From Eledone cirrhosa (lineage: Eukaryota), in NCBI GenBank assembly GCA_964016885.1, contig OZ024743.1, positions 256,804,001-256,868,000 on the forward strand: DNA of 64,000 nucleotides, read 5' to 3'. Below are positions 49,880-61,842 of this stretch, one piece after another. The notes under the pieces are model-generated. The model was not told the DNA's origin, ran no database searches, and was given only the letters and a program-made list of their open reading frames with translations. The stretch's first letter is position 1, and each line of letters starts with the position of its first letter. The position numbers and the translations under genes are program-made.

Positions 49880-51309
49880 AGTGTTATAATTGGTTGTTGC
49901 TCAAATTTAATGCTGTGTAGTGTGTATCGTTTTGGTTGTTTTGTTTTGTTTGTGTTTGTTGTGGGTTTGTTTCTGTTACGCTTTTTGGTGACTTTTGTGG
50001 TGTTGGTGATGGTGGTGTTGGGGTTAATGATGGTGATGGTGTTGGTGTTTGTGGGGATGGGGTTGGTGATGCTGGTGTGGATGGTGGCATATCTGTCTTA
50101 ACTTTCTTGTTCGATAACTTATTTGTTTCCCTCTGTATTTTGTTTTTTAGGGGGAAGGAAGAGATTTTTTTGTTTTTTGGTTTCTTTTTTATTCTTTTTT
50201 CCTAATACCGTTTCCCACTCCTCGTCGTCACAATCTGTCTCCAGTTGCGATAAGCCGGGGAGTGGAATATCCTCGACAGGCGTTGGTTTGGGTTGTGGCG
50301 TGGTGGATGGTGTCGGCGCTGGTGCTAGTTCTGGCGCGTTGGGTGGTGGTGGTGTTGGTTTTGCTACTGTTGCTGGGGTTGTTGCTGTTACAGTTGCTTC
50401 TGTTGTTGCTGCTACAGTTGTTGCTGCTATTTCTGCTGCTGGTAGTGTTGATGGTTGAGTCACTGGGATGAGTAAGAGAGGTGGCCTCAACCTTTTTGCC
50501 TGAGGGCAGAAAGCCCTTAGGTGGGTTCCTTCACCACAAACGACACACCTAGGTCTTCTGCCCTCGACGATTACGGTGAGGTGGCTGCCGTCAGTGAGGT
50601 CTATTACCTCTGGGATCTCCTCAATGCTTTTATGGTCCGCTTGGATCAGGAGCTCCATCCCAGATCCGGACCAGTTCTCCTGCTATTTCTATTATTTTGG
50701 TGTTGGCCTCGATGCAGACGAGGACGGCAGCCATTAGCCAGGGAATTTCGATGGCCGGTGGAACGTAGGTCACCCTGATCTTCACAAGTCTCTGGCCTCA
50801 ATAGCTTGGGATGAGTGTGAAGTCGTCACTTCTTAATGGAGCCATGGAGTGTTCTCTGGCCTCCTGTGGTGTTTCAAAGAACACGTCCACGGTTCCATAC
50901 TTCTGCCCACGTTTGATGTGGGGTTTTTTTGTCCACACATGTCCACACATGTCCCAAAGTTTTTTTGATTTGGGACTCAGATGCCCGTTCCACTCGGCGC
51001 GATTTTATGTTTATTGTCCGATAAGACACGGTGCATAGGCGACGTTGCTCCATTTTATTAGGTGGGGGTGAGGTTGACCCTGTACCTATCTTTCTTTACC
51101 ATTCCTTTGGCTTCGTCTAATTCTTCCTGAGTTACCTGGATCGCTTCGCACGTTTTTGCTACTCTGGCAAAACTCAGGGTAGTTTTCTTAATTTCATTGT
51201 TGCTGTTGTTATTATCGTTAATTTTGCTATTGTTAATTTTAGTTTCAGTTGTGGTGGTGGTGGCGTCAGTGGTGTTCGGTGTGGAAGAGTTCATTTTGGT
51301 TGAATTCAT
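49880..51309 (-). pseudogene. L1/Tx1 ORF1 (zinc knuckle, Pro/Thr-rich tail), frameshifted
   Basis: SFARVAK, VIVEGRRPRCVVCGEGTHLRAFCP (CCHC), low-complexity C-terminus. Confidence 0.8.
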
Positions 51310-51796
51310 TTCGATACCATGAGTTAATTTATTTTTTTCTTTTGTTTCTGTTGTCGCTGTGGTGGTTTGGTGGTGGTTGTCGCGGTGCTGGTGGTGGTGG
51401 TGGCGGCTTTAACACCTGCAATCATTGGTAATGGTGGGAAATGAATGTCTGCCTGAGACAAATTTAAAATATTGCTACTGCTTACAATTCCAGTGTTGGC
51501 AAACGTAGCAATGTTTACAATGGTGGTGTCGGTGTGAAGTGTTGGATTGTGAGGAAGGAGTGAATCTGAGTCATCCATTATTTTTCAAAGAAAAAATGTT
51601 TTTGTTTGATAATTATAAAAAGTTTAAATTTTGGGCTCAAGGCCCCAATATTTTTGAGTGTCCTTTTCAGAAATCAATGTATGTGCACTTATATATAGTT
51701 AACAATAAAAAATTTCCATAAATGGTAATTTTAAATAACTGAAAATAACAAACCTTTGCGGAGCTCACGATGATACGATTTACTACGTAGGTCGCC

Positions 51797-51858
<62 letters not shown>

Positions 51859-52023
51859 GGGAAGAAGACGCACGAGGTGACGGAGGTCATGAAATCGCTC
51901 CCGTAAGTTTTGAATTTTTAACATATTTAAATCATTTGTGAAATAACAACTCTTAGTACAAATGCTACGTAAAGCACCCGGCTTGAGCCCCAAAATATAC
52001 GGACCCAAAATATATTGTTATAA

Positions 52024-52671
52024 GGCTCAAATATTCAAATATTCAACTTTGTATTGTACACTGTATATCCAAAAAAAAATGGCTATAAATGGAAGAAGAA
52101 GAACCCCCCCCCCCTCCTCTCCTCTGGCTACACTATATAGGACAGCTAAACTCACCAACACCAGAAACTAGTTACACCGCCCACCCCATCATCTGTGTAC
52201 ACTAAACACAACAGCATTTTCACCTTCACCGCCACCGCTCACTACGGCCATCATTACCACCACTATCCCATCACCGCCGCCACCACCCCTTGACTCCTTC
52301 ACTGCTGCTGCCACCGCTACAGCACCATCACTACAGTAATACGGCTCAAATATTCAAATATTCAACTTTGTATTGTACACTGTATATCCAAAAAAAAAAA
52401 AATAAAATGGCTATAAATGGAAGAAGAAGACCCCCCCCCCCTCCTCTCCTCTGGCTACACTATATAGGACAGCGAAACTCACCAACACCAGAAACTAGAT
52501 ACACCACCCACCCCATCATCTGTGTACACTAAACACAACAGCATGTTCACCTTCACCGCCACCGCTCACTACGGCCATCATTACCACCACTATCCCATCA
52601 CCGCCGCCACCACCCCTTGACTCCTTCACTGCTGCTGCCACCGCTACAGCACCATCACTACAGTAATACGG
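52024..52671 (+). repeat. ~320-bp tandem duplication in the leader of copy B1
   Basis: 52024-52342 is repeated at 52343-52671; single copy in the leaders at 40466 and 57271. Confidence 0.88.
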
Positions 52672-53240
52672 TCGCATCACCGCCACCACTGCCTCGGTAT
52701 CGACATCACCGCCACCACTGTCTCAGTATCGCCAACGCCGCTAGTCTCTGCTGGCTACCACTTCCACATTATAGAATTCCTACTACTAACAAAGAGGAAG
52801 GCATCAAAATATATAGATAGACTCAAAAGAAAAAAGAAAAAACAAACAACAAAAGCAGCACAGCAACAACAGTAAAAAACGAGAAAAACAGAGAAAAACA
52901 AAAACAAAAAAAGAAACCCCAAAAACGTAAAGAAAATAAGAATGAAGAGAGAAGCAGGCGGACGGACAGAGAAGAGGGGGGAAAAAGTAAAACTTAAAAA
53001 ACAAAAACTAAGTCAGACATTCGAATACTACATTACAATGAAACTTATGCTTATTCATTTTTGGGGCCCTTTCTGCCCGTGTGTTTGTTTGTTTATGTGT
53101 GTCCGTATACAGCGTGGTGATAATGCCACACAAGGGCCAAGTGGGATGGCGGATCCACAGATGGCTATGTAAACATACATTCGCCAATCCTCGATAAGAG
53201 TGTTTAAATATCGAACATAAACAGTTCGAATAACGGTGAA

Positions 53241-56200
53241 ATGGAGACTAGAACGTCATGTGACAGACTCTCACCCAACAGGTGCCCCCTGGCTCAGCAG
53301 CAGGAACCTGACTGTCAACGAAATACTGCTGATGTTGGAGGAAGAAGAAGAAGGAAAGGGGCCAGAACCAACTGGACGAAAGAATTGAATAGAACTGTTA
53401 TGCAATGCTACCTGAAAAGTAACCCCAAGGAGAGGGGCTACAGGAGACGGATGCATAACATCTGGAACGAGATTGGTTTATTTAAATTAGATGAACAAAA
53501 ATTGGCCGGGCAGGCTCGGGTAATAAGAACTAATGGGTGGATAAGCGAGCTGGAACTAGAGGAACTGAGCAGAGAGAATGGCTTGGAGATGGCGGGTGTA
53601 GTATGCCAGACAAGCGAGCCGGCGGGAAATGAAGGTGAGGAGGTCCTGAGAGCGGAGGAACCACCCGAAGCAGACAATGATCTGAATACTGAGATAAATA
53701 ATACCTGGAACAGAGATACGGCCACTGAGGAGATGAATGCTGACGGGCTAGGACAAGATTCGGTTGACATCCTAAATTTAGTGGTAGATGAGTTGAACAA
53801 TAATAGTGGGAGACCTATGAACCTAAGATTTGTAGACAGGAAAAAGTTAAAAGAAACAACAGCTAAGGTAAACAAAGTCATCCCATACCTTGAGGCGAGG
53901 AGTCTTCACCAGTGCAACAATATCCTCAAAGCAACAGCAAATACGGTGAGGAAACTACTTGGTATAAAAGCGAGAGGAAACAACAGACAAGAAAGAGCAG
54001 AGCCGTGGTGGAAGAAGCGACTGAGTGGGCAAATCGGGGAAATGAGAAATGACATAGGAAAGCTTGAGTCACTACTGAATGGGACACTAAAAAACATAGG
54101 CACTAAAAATAGACTGGAAATAAAATACAAAACTAGGAGTAAAAAGCTAAATATTATCATAGAGGAATTGAAGCAACGCATTGTAGCAAAGAGTGCCAAA
54201 ATCAGGCGATACGAGAACAGAGTCAGTCAGTATAAACAGAACCGCATGTTCGACAACAACCAGAAGATGCTGTTTGGACAGCTTGAGGGGAAAGAAAGAG
54301 GCACCGACTTGATCCCTGGGGCGGAACAAGCTAAAACATTCTGGAGAGGAATATGGGAGCAGGGTGTTAGACACAATGCCCAGGCAGGGTGGATTGAGAC
54401 AGTACAGAGGGAGATCGGTGAGCAGGCACAGCAACAGACTGATTTGAGTATCACAGTTGAAACTCTTAAGGGGCAAGCCAAAAAACTAACCAACTGGAAA
54501 TCACCAGGCCCAGATGGTGTGCAGGGGTATTGGATTAAACATTTAACATCCCTCCACCCGAAGCTGACGGCCATGTTCAATGACTGCTTGGTGTCGGGTG
54601 AGGTGCCAGAGTGGTTGACAAAAGGTACCACAGTTCTGATAATGAAAGACCGAATCAAGGGTAATGATGTTACCAACTATAGACCTATCACATGTCTGCC
54701 CGTAATGTGGAAACTGTTGACGAGCATTGTGTCTGAGGAAATCTACCATCACCTCCACACAAACAACTTGTTGCCGGACGAACAGAAAGGATGCCGAAAG
54801 AAGTCACGTGGTACAAAGTACCAGTTGCTTATTGATAAGATGGTAATGGGGAATTGCAGAAGGAGACACACTGATCTTGCCATGGGATGGATAGACTACA
54901 GAAAGGCATTTGACATGGTGCCTCATTCCTGGATCACCAAAAGCCTGGAGATCTTCAGGGTGGCAGATAACATCAGACAGTTGCTGGGCAGGAGTATGGG
55001 GTCCTGGGAGACAGAGTTGACATCAACTGGAGTATCCTTGGGAAGCGTGAAGATCAAGAGAGGTATCTTCCAGGGAGATAGCCTGTCCCCTCTGTTGTTT
55101 GTCCTTGCCCTGATGCCCTTGACCATTATGCTGCGAAAAGTGAGAGCAGGATACAAGTTGGGAAGGGGAGAGCTTACCATCAATCACCTCCTCTTCATGG
55201 ACGATCTTAAGCTCTTCGGGAAAAGTGAGAAGGAGTTGGATGTGCTTGTTGACACTGTCCGTATTTTCAGCAGTGATATATGTATGCAGTTTGGTATTGG
55301 TAAATGTGGAGTCATTGTGATGAGGAGGGGTAGGTTGAGCAGAAGTAACGGGATCCAGATACCAACAGGTGAGATGATAAAGGAAATTGACTCTGAGGAA
55401 GGATACAAGTATTTGGGCGTTCTGGAGGCTGATGGCATAAAGAACAAAAAAATGAAGGAATTGTTAAGAACTGAATACATTCGGAGAGTAAGGAGCGTAT
55501 TGAAGTCACATCTGAACAGCAGAAATGCCATAAGCGCAGTAAATTCCCGAGCTGTGTCTATTATTAGGTACAGTGCGGGAATTCTGAGATGGAATGTTGC
55601 TGAACAAAAAGAAATGGATAGGAAGACTAGGAAGCTATTGACTATCTACAACATGTTCCACAAGAGGAGTGATGTCGATAGACTCTACCTAAGGAGATCT
55701 GAGGGTGGAAGAGGTCTTATCAGCATAGAGGACTGTATTCAGATGGAGAAAAACAACCTATACAAATACGTGACCTATAGTAAGGAGCCAATGCTCAGAG
55801 CTGTACTGAAGGAGGGGACAGTAGGCCAGGGGATACCCAAGGAGGAAATAACATCAAGGAGGAAGAGCAGCCTTAAGGGAAAATCCCTTCATAGTACCTT
55901 CTTTGAGAAAACTGAATTTAGAGATCCACAGACATGGAACTGGTTGAGAAGAGGAGACCTCAAAAAGGCTACAGAAGGAATGCTAATGGCTGCGCAGGAG
56001 CAGGCCCTCAAAACGAAGTGGTTGAAGCACCATATCTACAAGGAGGAGGCTAGCCCACTGTGCAGGATCTGTGGAGAGAGAGAGGAGACTGTGGCTCACA
56101 TTGTGTCCGAGTGTAAACACCTAGCCCAGACCCACTATAAGGGCTGGAGACACGATGTGATGGGCAGGGTGATCCACTGGCACCTGTGCAAAGTAAACAA

Positions 56201-56633
56201 TCTACCACATTCTGAGAAATGGTATGAGCATAGGCCAGAGGCGGTGATGGAGAACAGTCAGGTGAAGGTGCTGTGGGATTTTAGGATACAGACGGACAAA
56301 AAACTGGAACACAATAGACCTGACCTGGTGGTTGTGGACAAAGAAAAAAGATCGTGCCTGATTGTGGATGTGGCCTGCCCGTTCGACACGAGAGTGCAAG
56401 AGAAGGAGAGGGAGAAAATTAACCGATACCAGGACCTAAAGTGGGAGGTGAAAAGGATTTGGAACTGCCATGAAGTCAAAGTGATCCCGATTGTCATAGG
56501 CGCACTGGGGACTATCTCCAAAGGTTTCCAGGGATGGTTAAAGAAAATCGGCCCCTTCACGCTTTTTGGAACGCTTCAAAAGGCATGCTTGCTTGGAACG
56601 GCAAGAACCCTCCGATACGTCCTGAATATCTGA
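53241..56633 (+). CDS. R4/Dong-like retrotransposon protein (Myb-like, RT, CCHC zinc knuckle, restriction-like endonuclease), 1130 aa, uninterrupted
   Basis: TNWTKELN Myb-like, WKSPGPDG, NYRPITCL, WIDYRKAFDMV, GIFQGDSLSP, FMDD, CRIC...H...C, RHD, NRPDL...D...EK..RY. Confidence 0.94.
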   Translation: METRTSCDRLSPNRCPLAQQQEPDCQRNTADVGGRRRRKGARTNWTKELNRTVMQCYLKSNPKERGYRRRMHNIWNEIGLFKLDEQKLAGQARVIRTNGWISELELEELSRENGLEMAGVVCQTSEPAGNEGEEVLRAEEPPEADNDLNTEINNTWNRDTATEEMNADGLGQDSVDILNLVVDELNNNSGRPMNLRFVDRKKLKETTAKVNKVIPYLEARSLHQCNNILKATANTVRKLLGIKARGNNRQERAEPWWKKRLSGQIGEMRNDIGKLESLLNGTLKNIGTKNRLEIKYKTRSKKLNIIIEELKQRIVAKSAKIRRYENRVSQYKQNRMFDNNQKMLFGQLEGKERGTDLIPGAEQAKTFWRGIWEQGVRHNAQAGWIETVQREIGEQAQQQTDLSITVETLKGQAKKLTNWKSPGPDGVQGYWIKHLTSLHPKLTAMFNDCLVSGEVPEWLTKGTTVLIMKDRIKGNDVTNYRPITCLPVMWKLLTSIVSEEIYHHLHTNNLLPDEQKGCRKKSRGTKYQLLIDKMVMGNCRRRHTDLAMGWIDYRKAFDMVPHSWITKSLEIFRVADNIRQLLGRSMGSWETELTSTGVSLGSVKIKRGIFQGDSLSPLLFVLALMPLTIMLRKVRAGYKLGRGELTINHLLFMDDLKLFGKSEKELDVLVDTVRIFSSDICMQFGIGKCGVIVMRRGRLSRSNGIQIPTGEMIKEIDSEEGYKYLGVLEADGIKNKKMKELLRTEYIRRVRSVLKSHLNSRNAISAVNSRAVSIIRYSAGILRWNVAEQKEMDRKTRKLLTIYNMFHKRSDVDRLYLRRSEGGRGLISIEDCIQMEKNNLYKYVTYSKEPMLRAVLKEGTVGQGIPKEEITSRRKSSLKGKSLHSTFFEKTEFRDPQTWNWLRRGDLKKATEGMLMAAQEQALKTKWLKHHIYKEEASPLCRICGEREETVAHIVSECKHLAQTHYKGWRHDVMGRVIHWHLCKVNNLPHSEKWYEHRPEAVMENSQVKVLWDFRIQTDKKLEHNRPDLVVVDKEKRSCLIVDVACPFDTRVQEKEREKINRYQDLKWEVKRIWNCHEVKVIPIVIGALGTISKGFQGWLKKIGPFTLFGTLQKACLLGTARTLRYVLNI

Positions 56634-56719
56634 GGCTGCAGGTAGTGGCTTGATATTCAATCCAACGGACTTTCCAGTTAACCAACATCAATGACTGAGA
56701 TTCAAGGAATAACAATAAC

Positions 56720-56757
<38 letters not shown>

Positions 56758-56759
<2 letters not shown>

Positions 56760-57270
56760 GCCAGAGGCGGTGATGGAGAACGATCAGGTGAAGGTGCTGT
56801 GGGATTTTAGGATACAGACGGACAAGAAACTGGAACACAATAGACCTGACCTGGTGGTTGTGGACAAAGAAAAAAGATCGTGTCTGATTGTGGATGTGGC
56901 CTGCCCATTCGACACGAGAGTGCAAGAGAAGGAGAGGGAGAAAATTAACCGATACCAGGACCTAAAGTGGGAGGTGAAAAGGATTTGGAACTGCCATGAA
57001 GTCAAAGTGATCCCGATTGTCATAGGCGCACTGGGGACTATCTCCAAAAGTTTCCAGGGATGGTTAAAGAAAATCGGCCCCTTCACGCTTTTTGGAACGC
57101 TTCAAAAGGCATGCTTGCTTGGAACAGCAAGAACCCTCCGATACGTCCTGAATATCTGAGGCTGCAGGTAGTGGCTTGATATTCAATCCAACGGACTTTC
57201 CAGTTAACCAACATCAATGACTGAGATTCAAGGAATAACAACAATAATAATAATAATAATAATAATAATA
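56758..57270 (+). mobile_element. 5'-truncated Dong-like family B copy
   Basis: Matches the last ~480 bp of family B plus an (AAT)n tail. Confidence 0.92.
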
Positions 57271-60200
57271 GGGAAGAAGACGCACGAGGTGACGGAGGTC
57301 ATGAAATCGCTCCCGTAAGTTTTGAATTTTTAACATATTTAAATCATTTGTGAAATAACAACTCTTAGTACAAATGCTACGTAAAGCACCCGGCTTGATC
57401 CCCAAAAAATTCGGACCCAAAATATATTGTTATAAGGCTCAAATATTCAAATATTCAACTTTGTATTGTACACTGTATATCCAAAAAAGAAAATGGCTAT
57501 AAATGGAAGAAGAACCCCCCCCCCTCCTCTCCTCTGTCTACACTATATAGAACAGCCAAACTCACCAACACCAGAAACTAGATACACCACCCACCCCATC
57601 ACCTGTGTACACTAAACACAACAGCCAGATAACGGCATTTTCACCACCACCGCTCACTACGGCCATCATTACCTCCATTATCCCATCACCGCCGCCACGA
57701 CCCCTTCACTCCTTCACTGCTACCACCGCTACAGCACCATCACTACAGTAATACGGTCACATCACCGCCACCACTGCCTCGGTATCTAGATCACCACCAC
57801 CACTGTCTCAGTATCGCTACCGCCGCCAGTCTCCCACTTTTCCAGCTGGCTGCTGCCACCACATTATAGAATCCCTACTGCTAAAAAAGAGGAAGGCATC
57901 AAAATATATAGATAGACTCAAAAGAAAAAAGAAAAAACAAACAACAAAACCAAAGCAGCACAGCAACAACAACAAAAAACGAGAAAAACAAACAGAGAAA
58001 AACAAAAACAAAAAAAAAAAACCCCAAAACGTAAACAAAATAAGAATGAAGAGAGAAGCAGGCGGACGGACAGAGAAGAGGGGGGAAAAACTAAAACTTA
58101 AAAAACAAAAACTAAATCAGACATTCGAACACTACATTACAATGAAACTTATGGTTATTCATTTTTGGGGCCCTTTCTGCCTGTGTGTTTGTTTGTTTAT
58201 GTGTGTTCGTATACAGCGTGGTGATAATGCCACACAAGGGCCAAGTGGAATGGCGGATCCACAGATGGCTATGTAACCATACATTCGCCAATCCTCGATA
58301 AGAGTGTTTAAATATCGAACATAAACAGTTCGAATAACGGTGAAATGGAGACTAGAACGTCATGTGACAGACTCTCACCCAACAGGTGCCCCCTGGCTCA
58401 GCAGCAGGAACCTGACTGTCAACGAAATACTGCTGATGTTGGAGGAAGGAGAAGAAGGAAAGGGGCCAGAACCAACTGGACGAAATAATTGAATAGAACT
58501 GTTATGCAATGTTACCTGAAAAGTAACCCCAAGGAGAGGGGCTACAGGAGACGGATGCATAACATCTGGAACGAGATTGGTTTATTTAAATTAGATGAAC
58601 AAAAATTGGCCGGGCAGGCTCGGGTAATAAGAACTAATGGGTGGATAAGCGAGCTGGAACTGGAGGAACTGAGCAGAGAGAATGGCTTGGAGATGGCGGG
58701 TGTAGTATGCCAGACAAGCGAGCCAGTGGGAAATGAAGGTGAAGAGGTCCTGAGAACGGAGGAACCACCCGAAGCAGACAATGATCTGAATACTGAGATA
58801 AATAATACCTGGAACATAGATACGGCCACTGAGGAGATGAATGCTGACGGGCTAGGACAAGATTCGGTTGACATCCTAAATTTAGTGGTTGATGAATTGA
58901 ACAATGATAGTGGGAGACCTATGAACCTAAGATTTGTAGACAGGAAAAAGTTAAAAGAAACAACAGCTAAGGTAAACAAAGTCATCCCATACCTTGAGGC
59001 GAGGAGCCTTCACCAGTGCAACAATATCCTCAAAGCAACAGCAAATACGGTGAGGAAACTTCTTGGTATAAAAGCGAGAGGAAACGACAGACAAGAAAGA
59101 GCAGAGCCATGGTGGAAGAAGCGACTGAGTGGGCAAATCGGGGAAATGAGAAATGACATAGGAAAGCTTGAGTCACTACTGAATGGGACACTAAAAAACA
59201 TAGGCACTAAAAATAGACTGGAAGTAAAATATAAAACTAGGAGGAAAAAGCTAAATATTATCATAGAGGAACTGAAGCAACGCATTGTAGCAAAGAGTGC
59301 AAAAATCAGGCGATATGAGAACAGAGTCAGTCAGTATAAACAGAACCGCATGTTCGACAACAACCAGAAGATGCTGTTTGGACAGCTTGAGGGGAAAGAA
59401 AGAGGCAACGACTTGATCCCTGGGACGGAGCAAACTAAAACATTCTGGAGAGGAATATGGGAGCAGGATGTTAGACATAATGTCCAGGCAGGGTGGATTG
59501 AGACAGTACAGAGGGAGATCGGTGAGCAGGCACAACAACAGACTGATTTGAGTATCACAGTTGAAACTCTTAAGGGGCAGGCCAAAAAACTAACCAACTG
59601 GAAATCAACAGGCCCAGATGGTGTGCAGGGGTATTGGATTAAACATTTAACATCCCTCCCCCCGAAGCTGACGGCCATGTTCAATGACTGCTTGGTGTCG
59701 GGTGAGGTGCCAGAGTGGTTGACAAAAGGTACCACAGTTCTGATAATGAAAGACCGAATCAAGGGTAATGATGTTACCAACTATAGACCTATCACATGTC
59801 TGTCCGTAATGTGGAAACTGTTGACGAGCATTGTGTCTGAGGAAATCTACCATCACCTCCACACAAACAACTTGTTACCGGACGAACAGAAAGGATGCCG
59901 AAAGAAGTCACGTGGTACAAAGTACCAGTTACTTATTGATAAGATGGTAATGGGGAATTGCAGGAGGAGACACACTGATCTTGCCATGGGATGGATAGAC
60001 AGAAAGGCATTTGACATGGTGCCTCATTCTTGGATCACCAAAAGCCTGGAGATCTTCAGGGTGGCAGATAACATCAGACAGTTGCTGGGCAGGAGTATGG
60101 GGTCCTGGGAGACAGAGTTGACATCAACTGGAGTATCCTTGGGAAGCGTGAAGATCAAGAGAGGTATCTTCCAGGGAGATAGCCTGTTCCCTCTGTTGTT

Positions 60201-61840
60201 TGTCCTTGCCCTGATGCCCTTGACCATCATGCTGCGAAAAGTGAGAGCAGGATACAAGTTGGGAAGGGGAGAGCTTACCATCAATCACCTCCTCTTCATG
60301 GACGATCTTAAGCTCTTCGGGAAAAGCGAGAAGGAGTTGGATGTGCTTGTTGACACTGTCCGTATTTTCAGCAGTGATATATGTATGCAGTTTGGTATTG
60401 GTAAATGTGGAGTCATTGTGATGAGGAGGGGTAGGTTGAGCAGAAGTAACGGGATCCAGATACCAACAGGTGAGATGATAAAGGAAATTGACTCTGAGGA
60501 AGGATACAAGTATTTGGGCGTTCTGGAGGCTGATGGCATAAAGAACAAAAAAATGAAGGAATTGTTAAGAACTGAATACATTCGGAGAGTAAGGAGCGTA
60601 TTGAAGTCACATCTGAACAGCAGAAATGCCATAAGCGCAGTAAATTCCCGAGCTGTGTCTATTATTAGGTACAGTGCGGGAATTCTGAGATGGAATGTTG
60701 CTGAACAAAAAGAAATGGATAGGAAGACTAGGAAGCTATTGACTATCTACAACATGTTCCACAAGAGGAGTGATGTCGATAGACTCTACCTAAGGAGATC
60801 TGAGGGTGGAAGAGGTCTTATCAGCATAGAGGACTGTATTCAGATGGAGAAAAACAACCTATACAAATACGTGACCTATAGTAAGGAGCCAATGCTCAGA
60901 GCTGTACTGAAGGAGGGGACAGTAGGCCAGGGGATACCCAAGGAGGAAATAACATCAAGGAGGAAGAGCAGCCTTAAGGGAAAATCCCTTCATAGTACCT
61001 TCTTTGAGAAAACTGAATTTAGAGATCCACAGACATGGAACTGGTTGAGAAGAGGAGACCTCAAAAAGGCTACAGAAGGAATGCTAATGGCTGCGCAGGA
61101 GCAGGCCCTCAAAACGAAGTGGTTGAAGCACCATATTTACAAGGAGGAGGCTAGCCCACTGTGCAGGATCTGTGGAGAGAGAGAGGAGACTGTGGATCAC
61201 ATTGTGTCCGAGTGTAAACACCTAGCCCAGACCCACTATAAGGGCTGGAGACACGATGTGATGGGCAGGGTGATCCACTGGCACCTGTGCAAAGTAAACA
61301 ATTTACCACATTCTGAGAAATGGTATGAGCATAGGCCAGAGGCGGTGATGGAGAACAATCAGGTGAAGGTGCTGTGGGATTTTAGGATACAGACGGACAA
61401 AAAACTGGAACACAATAGACCTGACCTGGTGGTTGTGGACAAAGAAAAAAGATCGTGTCTGATTGTGGATGTGGCCTGCCCGTTCGACACGAGGGTGCAA
61501 GAGAAGGAGAGGGAGAAAATTAACCGATACCAGGACCTAAAGTGGGAGGTGAAAAGGATTTGGAACTGCCATGAAGTCAAAGTGATCCCGATTGTCATAG
61601 GCGCACTGGGGACTATCTCCAAAAGTTTCCAGGGATGGTTAAAGAAAATCGGCCCCTTCACGCTTTTTGGAACGCTTCAAAAGGCATGCTTGCTTGGAAC
61701 AGCAAGAACCCTCCGATACGTCCTGAATATCTGAGGCTGCAGGTAGTGGCTTGATATTCAATCCAACGGACTTTCCAGTTAACCAACATCAATAACTGAG
61801 ATTCAAGGAATAACAACAATAATAATAATAATAATAATAA
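57271..61840 (+). mobile_element. R4/Dong-like family B, copy 2 (full length)
   Basis: Highly similar to 51859-56757 over leader, ORF and tail. Confidence 0.92.
58345..61734 (+). pseudogene. Dong-like family B ORF with a premature stop
   Basis: ATG at 58345, TAA at 58486-58488 (GAA in copy 1); also WIDY>WID deletion, SPG>STG and LSP>LFP in conserved RT motifs. Confidence 0.88.
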
Positions 61841-61842
61841 GA

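Larger units (their letters stand above)
45962..51796 (-). mobile_element. Full-length decayed L1/Tx1-clade LINE inserted in (AAT)n
   Basis: ORF1 and ORF2 remnants; AATAAA then (ATT)n at the 3' end; 5' end ggcgacctacg abuts (ATT)n. Confidence 0.88.
51859..56757 (+). mobile_element. R4/Dong-like non-LTR retrotransposon family B, copy 1 (full length)
   Basis: (AAT)n on both sides, 1.4-kb leader, intact ORF, short 3' UTR. Confidence 0.92.

Noticed and set aside
53175-53243. HDV-like ribozyme fit around tcctcg
   Set aside because: No convincing P1 or P3 helices and no catalytic C in the expected J4/2 position
53271-61661. Numerous antisense ORFs over the Dong-like coding regions
   Set aside because: Shadow frames of the main ORF; their repetition reflects copy identity
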